64,000 bases of DNA from positions 256,001 to 320,000 of the forward strand of contig OY969801.1 in NCBI GenBank assembly GCA_963703225.1, in the 5' to 3' direction. Position 1 is the stretch's first letter, and the number at the start of each line of letters is the position of its first letter. Source of the stretch: Candidatus Eiseniibacteriota bacterium. Lineage in GTDB: Bacteria > Eisenbacteria > RBG-16-71-46 > SZUA-252. The position numbers and the translations under genes are program-made. Below are positions 58,560 through 64,000 of the stretch, piece by piece. The notes beneath the pieces are model-generated. The model made no database searches and was not told the DNA's origin. It saw nothing but the letters and a program-made list of their open reading frames with translations.

Positions 58560-60245
58560 ATGACCGCTCCACCCCTCCGCGGATTTTCGCCATCGGCCGC
58601 CATCGCGAGCCTGGGAGAGGCGCTCCTCGAGCATTTCGATCGGGCGCCGGTCGGGCTCTTCCTCTTGGACGGCGACCGCAAGATTCTCCGCGCCAATGAA
58701 GCGATGTCGCAGCTCACCGGAATCCAACCCTCGGTCCTGCGCGATTCGTCCATCCGCCGCTTCCTCTCCTCCGATGCCCCGTTCGACCTCGAGGACCGCA
58801 TCTTCGAGGAGCTGACCCGGACCTCGTACTGGCTGGGGGAGCTGGAGATTCGGACCTCGGTCGGCGACACGAGCCCGATGATGGTCTCGATCACGCCGGT
58901 GGGGGCCGACGGCAAGGGTCCGGTCCGCTACGTGGCGACGGTCGTCGAGCTGGGACAGCAGCGCTGGATCGAAGCCGAATCCAGCCGGCGCGCCGCCGAG
59001 CTGGCCGCGTTCTCCTCCATCGCCGTCGCCACGGCGAGCAGCTCCGATCCCCGAACGATGCTCGACTCAGTGGCGCGCGCGATCGTGGAGCAGCTCGAGA
59101 TGGATGCGTGCTGGATCCACCGCTACGAGGCGGCTCGCTCGTTTGTCAGCCTCGCCGGCGAGGCCTCCTACCTGAGCAGCTCGGTCAGGCTCTCCCCGGG
59201 CATGATCCCCGACTCGATCAACCCGGCTCTTCTGCGCGCCATCGAAACCAAGGAGCAGATCGCCGAGTCGGAGCTGCTCGACCGGAGCATCGCCACCGTC
59301 GTCCACGCGCCGCTCTTGGCCCAGGACGAGGTCGTCGGAGTGATTTCCATCTTGAGCGTTGAGGGGGAGAAGTTGAGTGCGCGCAATTCCGACCTCCTTC
59401 GCGCGATCGGCTATCAGGTGGGCACCGCGATCCAAAACGTCCGCCTCTTGGAGTCGATCCAAAGACAGCAGGAGGAGCTCCAGGCGAAGAACGTGCAGCT
59501 GGAGCTTTACGTCGAAGAGCTCATGAACGCCGACCGGCTGAAGAGCGAGTTCTTGGCCAATACCTCGCACGAGCTGCGGACGCCGCTCAACTCCATCATC
59601 GGATTCCTCAATCTGGTGCTGGACGGGCTCTGCCAAAGCGAGGAGGAGCAGAAGGAGCTTTTGGGACACGCGCTCCGCAGCGGCCGAAACCTCCTCGACC
59701 TCATCAACGACGTCCTCGACCTCTCACGGATCGAAGCCGGGCGTCTCCAGCTCGACCTGCGCGACGTCGATCTCGGATTTGTTCTCGCGGACGTGAAAAG
59801 CACGCTTTCGGTGCAGGCGAAAGAGAAGCACCTGGACTTCCAGGTCGCCACCCCGCCTCCGGGCCTCAGGGTGAGCGCCGACGAGTCGCGTCTGCGCCAG
59901 GTGCTGTTGAACGTTGTGGGGAACTCGGTCAAATTCACGACGCGGGGGCACGTCACGGTGACCGTCGACTCGCCGGACGGCTCGCCGTTCGTGGAAGTCC
60001 AGGTGAAGGACACCGGCATCGGGGTGCCCGTCGACAGGCGGGACCGGCTCTTCCGGAAGTTTTCCCAGGCCGACACCTCGACCACGCGGAAATTCGGCGG
60101 TACGGGTCTCGGCCTCGTGATCGTGAAGGAGCTGCTCGAGATGATGGGCGGAGGCGTGCGGCTGGACAGCCCCGGGGAGGGTCGGGGCACCGTCGTCACG
60201 ATCACGCTCGGCCGCGCCACCGGAGGGCCGCTGGGATTGAAGTGA
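58560..60245 (+). CDS. Cytoplasmic PAS-GAF sensor histidine kinase
   Basis: PAS (ILRANEA), GAF (APLLAQDEVVGVI), H-box SHELRTPLN, N-box QVLLNVVGNSVKFT, DTGIG, GTGLGL. Confidence 0.93.
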   Translation: MTAPPLRGFSPSAAIASLGEALLEHFDRAPVGLFLLDGDRKILRANEAMSQLTGIQPSVLRDSSIRRFLSSDAPFDLEDRIFEELTRTSYWLGELEIRTSVGDTSPMMVSITPVGADGKGPVRYVATVVELGQQRWIEAESSRRAAELAAFSSIAVATASSSDPRTMLDSVARAIVEQLEMDACWIHRYEAARSFVSLAGEASYLSSSVRLSPGMIPDSINPALLRAIETKEQIAESELLDRSIATVVHAPLLAQDEVVGVISILSVEGEKLSARNSDLLRAIGYQVGTAIQNVRLLESIQRQQEELQAKNVQLELYVEELMNADRLKSEFLANTSHELRTPLNSIIGFLNLVLDGLCQSEEEQKELLGHALRSGRNLLDLINDVLDLSRIEAGRLQLDLRDVDLGFVLADVKSTLSVQAKEKHLDFQVATPPPGLRVSADESRLRQVLLNVVGNSVKFTTRGHVTVTVDSPDGSPFVEVQVKDTGIGVPVDRRDRLFRKFSQADTSTTRKFGGTGLGLVIVKELLEMMGGGVRLDSPGEGRGTVVTITLGRATGGPLGLK

Positions 60246-60293
60246 GGCGTCGCGGCTCAAAGCGAGGCTCGCCGACCCAAAGTGACGCGCTGG

Positions 60294-60689
60294 CTATCGC
60301 GTGAGATTCACCAACCCGGCTGGGGTCGGCTCGAAGCCGCAGGGTCGGTAGAACCCGGCCATCAACTCTCCGGATGCATCGACGTGGAGCCACTCGCCGC
60401 GACCCCGGCAGGCTTCGATGGCCTCCTCGACCAAACGACGCCCGATGCCCCTTCGCCTCCAGCTCGGATGCACCGTGGTATCGAGCAAGAAGAAGTGCGC
60501 GTCGCCGTCCCAAGCCACGTTCACAAATCCCACAAGCTCATCGCCGATTGAGGCCGTCACCCACGTGAAGCTGTGGGCCAGCACTTGCCCGTAGCCCGGC
60601 TTTGGCGAACCCCAAGCTGCGACGAAGAGGGCTGAGAGCTTTACCCCATCGAGATCCAGACGTCTGTCGTAACGTATCACCGGTTCCAT
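60294..60689 (-). CDS. GNAT-family acetyltransferase
   Basis: DTTVHPSWRRRGIGRRL, FYRPCGF. Confidence 0.88.
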   Translation of the reverse strand: MEPVIRYDRRLDLDGVKLSALFVAAWGSPKPGYGQVLAHSFTWVTASIGDELVGFVNVAWDGDAHFFLLDTTVHPSWRRRGIGRRLVEEAIEACRGRGEWLHVDASGELMAGFYRPCGFEPTPAGLVNLTR

Positions 60690-60693
60690 CGCG

Positions 60694-61326
60694 CTAGCTT
60701 TCCTTCACCACGATGAGCAGGATTTCTCCGCTCGCCATCCGCACCGAGGCCGGCGATTGTTCCACCACGTTCGAGATCGAATCCTGGACGCCCAGCTCCA
60801 GCCGGCGGTCGCGCAGCGGATAGCGCAAGTTCTCCGTGGTCAGCCCCTCCACGACCGATCCCACGGCGAAAAACGAAACCACCGTCCCCGGCGGCTCGTG
60901 GATCGTCTCCGTGCCCCGCGCCAGCCATGCTTTCACGACGTCGTCTTCCAGGACGACGCGCGTCCGGTCTCGGTAGCGATGGAGGAGAGAGAGGTGGCCG
61001 AGGACGTGGTCGAGCCTCCCCGTGGTGGCGCCGAGGATGGTGACAAGCTCAAAGGCACCCTGACGGAGAACCCACTCCAGCGCTTTCTCCGCGTCGGTGC
61101 GTTCGGTATCCGCGTCACGGACCAACGGGACACCGCGAAAATGTGCGAGCGTTTCGGGCGTGGTCGAATCGATGTCACCCACGATGGCTTGCGGGGTTAC
61201 CCCGTATCGTCGCGCGACCTCCGCCCCCCCATCGGCACAAACGAAAAGGGAGGAGCGACCGAGAACCTGCTTCAGGGTCTCGTGGCTCGGTGGGGCTCCG
61301 TTGGCGAGAATGACGGCGTTTGGCAT
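60694..61326 (-). CDS. thiN: Thiamine pyrophosphokinase
   Basis: CADGGA, IVGDIDS, TDAEKAL, GATTGRLDH, LRYPL, SISN. Confidence 0.92.
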   Translation of the reverse strand: MPNAVILANGAPPSHETLKQVLGRSSLFVCADGGAEVARRYGVTPQAIVGDIDSTTPETLAHFRGVPLVRDADTERTDAEKALEWVLRQGAFELVTILGATTGRLDHVLGHLSLLHRYRDRTRVVLEDDVVKAWLARGTETIHEPPGTVVSFFAVGSVVEGLTTENLRYPLRDRRLELGVQDSISNVVEQSPASVRMASGEILLIVVKES

Positions 61327-61430
61327 CTGGACGGTTCGAGCCTAGCACCCGTCGCCAAGCGGTGGCAAACCGCGCCATCCCGGCGCGCCGCTTGACAGCC
61401 GCGCCCGCCAGGGCACATGCTTTGGATAAC

Positions 61431-61510
61431 CGTTAGGGGTGGCCGGAAAAACACCGGCCTGAGATCACACCCTACAAACCTGATCTGGGTTATACCAGCG
61501 TAGGGAAACG
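61431..61510 (+). ncRNA. TPP riboswitch (THI element)
   Basis: GGGGT...CTGAGA...CACCC...AACCTGATCTGGGTTATACCAGCGTAGGGAA matches the THI consensus; lies upstream of a TonB-dependent receptor and divergent from thiN. Confidence 0.95.
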
Positions 61511-61588
61511 GGGACAGACGAAGTCCTTCCGCCTGGCCGCGTTCGCCTCCTGGACGCGGCCCGATCGTTTTCGGGAGGAAGGGCAGTC

Positions 61589-64000
61589 GTGAGTCGCCAA
61601 CGCATCGCAGCCGTCGTCATGTTCGGAGCGCTCGTTGGATCTCGCGGACGAGCGCACGGTCCGCAGCCGCCGCCAGCGTCCGCCTCCGAGAACGCGCGCA
61701 CGCTTACTGAGTCTCGGGGTCGTCGACGCCGACACGGGGAGACCCGATTCCGGACGCGCGGATGTCACGTCCAGACCCCTGCCAATCGAGAAGTGATCAC
61801 CGATTCGGACGGCGACGTTTCACATCTCGAGTCGTCTCGATGCGGGCGCAAGAGCTGATCGCGTCTCCGGCTGGCTACGCGCCGCAGCGACCAGCTCGTC
61901 GACGTGGCCGATCCGGGGGCAGTCGCGCAATTTCGCCTCGAGCCGCGCGCGTTCCCCATGCCCGAGATCGAGGTCACGACGACCCGTGCCACAGACCGCG
62001 GCTCGGCCGTCGCGTTCTCGGAGCTGGACCGGCCCGCGATCCAGGAGCACTACTGGGCCCAGGACACACCCATGCTTCTCGCCGAAACGCCCGGCGTCTA
62101 CGCCTACTCCGACGCGGGGAACGGGGTGGGCTATTCCTACGTGAAGATCCGCGGATTTTCGCAGCGCCGGGTCGCGGTGACGGTGAACGGAATCCCCCTC
62201 AACGATCCAGAGTCGCATGAGGTCTACTGGGTGGATCATCCCGACCTCGTCTCCAGCGCCCAGACACTTCAAGTACAGCGGGGCGTGGGGAACGCACTCT
62301 ATGGAGCGAGCGCGGTGGGCGGCTCGATCAACTTCGAGACGCTGACGGCGCCCGGCGATCGATCGATCTCGCTGGAGGTGGGCGGGGGCACCTACGACAC
62401 GCAGCGCTACGCGGTCCAGTACCAATCGGGGCTCCTCGACGACGCCTACTCCATCGCGGGACGCCTTTCTCGCATTTCGAGCGACGGCTACCGAGAGCAA
62501 TCGTGGTCCAGCCTCTGGTCCTACTACTTCTCCGCCTCCCGGCGCGACTCCTGGATCACGACCCGGCTGAATCTCTACGGCGGGCCGGAGCGGCTCCACC
62601 TGGCCTATTACGCGGTAGACCGGTCCTATCTGGACGGCCGGATCACAGGCGACGCCGATCAGGACCGCCGCTTCAATCCGCTCACGTGGGGAGGCGAGAC
62701 CGACAATTTCTTCGAGCCCCACTTCGAGCTGATCCAGGACGTGAAGCTCACCGAGAAGGCGGCGCTGACCTCTTCCGTCTTCTATTTCCCGGGGAAGGGC
62801 TACTACGACGACTTTCCGTACGGCCCCCAGACGTTCGCGTCCCGCCATATTCCCGATTTCACCGTTGGGTCCAACACGCTGTACCCCGCCTCCTACTATG
62901 CCGACACGAGCGGCGTGGGACCCTACACGGTGGTGGCGTCGGACATGACCCAGCGCCTCTGGGTGAAGAACGAGCACTACGGCTGGGTTCCCCGGGCACG
63001 GCTTCAACATTCGAAGGGCGAGCTGACGGTGGGCGGCGAATGGCGCGAGCACGAGGGCCGACACTGGGGCGAGCTGACCTGGTCGGCGGCGCTTCCCCCG
63101 GGCGTCCAGCCGAACGCGGTCTTCTACGACTACACGGGCCGGGTGAACGTCCTCTCGGCCTTCGCCCAGGAGTCGTACCAGCCTGAAGCCCGATCTCCAA
63201 GCCACAGGAAGCCTCCAGTGGCGGCGCACGCGCTACGCCATCGGCGACGACGCCTTCAACGGCTACGACTTCAACCTCCACTACTCGTTCCTGAGCCCGC
63301 GCGTCGGCCTGAACTGGAACGCGACCGACCGGTGGAATACCTTCGCCAGCTACGCGCACACCCAGGTCGAGCCGATCCTGGGCGAGATCTACCGCGCGGA
63401 CGATCCGACCAGCGTTCCACTCTTCCGCGTCGTCGATCCGGCGAATCACATCTATGAGGATCCGCTCATCGATCCCGAGACGCTGAATGACTACGAGCTG
63501 GGCTTCGGCTACAAGAGGGATGCCGTCACCGCCAAGCTGACCGGCTTCTGGCTCGATTTCCGGGACGAGATCGTGCCCAACGGCCAGATCGACCAGTTCG
63601 GCGTTCCGATCACCGGGAACGCGGCGCGCTCCACCCACGCCGGGATCGAGCTGGAATTCACCGGACGCCACCGGAGCGGCCTGGAGCTTTCCGGAAACCT
63701 CACCCTGAGCCGGAACGAATTCGACGCGTACCAGGAGTACGTCGACTCGGTAACCGTGAACGATCTATCGGGGAACACGATCGCGGGATTTCCCGACCGC
63801 TTCGCGAACCTGACGCTGGGCTACCGACGAGGCGGCGTCCTGGCATCGCTGGGGCTGGCGGAGGTGGGGCGGCAGTACCTCGACAACACCGAGGACAATC
63901 GCAAGAATCCAGCGCTGCGGTCGGTCCCCGGATACCAGCAGAAGCTCATCGAGGAGCACGCGTTTGTGAACGGGACCCTCTCGTTGGATCTGGGGCAGCT
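61589..64000 (+). CDS. TonB-dependent receptor, probably for thiamine; frameshifts at about 61650-61900 and 63190; runs off the window edge
   Basis: GTG start after GGAGG, signal peptide, plug motifs (PGVYAYSDAG, IRGF, VTVNGIPLND, VQRGVGNALYG, GGSIN), barrel strands continuing to the window end. Confidence 0.88.

Overview
High-GC bacterial genomic window, gene-dense, from a diderm organism (many outer-membrane beta-barrels, plus an S8 protease ending in a FlgD-Ig-type domain; this suggests an FCB-related lineage such as Ca. Eisenbacteria, but that is inference only). I saw no rRNA, tRNA, CRISPR array or transposase. Several genes carry single-base frameshifts that look like long-read assembly errors. 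Left to right: (1) a minus-strand operon joining a degenerate MshEN/PilB-like ATPase and pilT to a synthase-type exopolysaccharide module (GH-A-like hydrolase, TPR/beta-barrel, HEAT protein, GT2); (2) archaeal-type DNA topoisomerase VI (top6B-top6A); (3) a Zn/Mn uptake operon led by a CxxC/RAPP leader ORF whose 3' end can pair with the next gene's SD; (4) an iron module with two Fur-like boxes: an FTR1/EfeU-imelysin(EfeO-like) fusion plus a di-heme peroxidase, divergent from a porin; (5) housekeeping and stress genes (fabL-like SDR, mscL, pabB, RidA, ArsR-SRPBCC-VOC, ADH, Ser/Thr kinase); (6) the best novel-system candidate, a three-gene RiPP cluster: a precursor with a folded leader and three P-x-T-K-x4-C repeats, an APH-type kinase, and a HopA1-like/LanC fusion; (7) acyl-CoA catabolic genes; (8) a second Cys-rich leader ORF with an anti-SD in front of a beta-barrel; (9) dcd, miaB, an M1 peptidase with a probable CTG start, a CxxU selenoprotein with a SECIS that the ORF track missed, an M16 peptidase, a histidine kinase, thiN, and a TPP riboswitch ahead of a TonB-dependent receptor. 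All family assignments are from motif recognition by eye; no database search was run.
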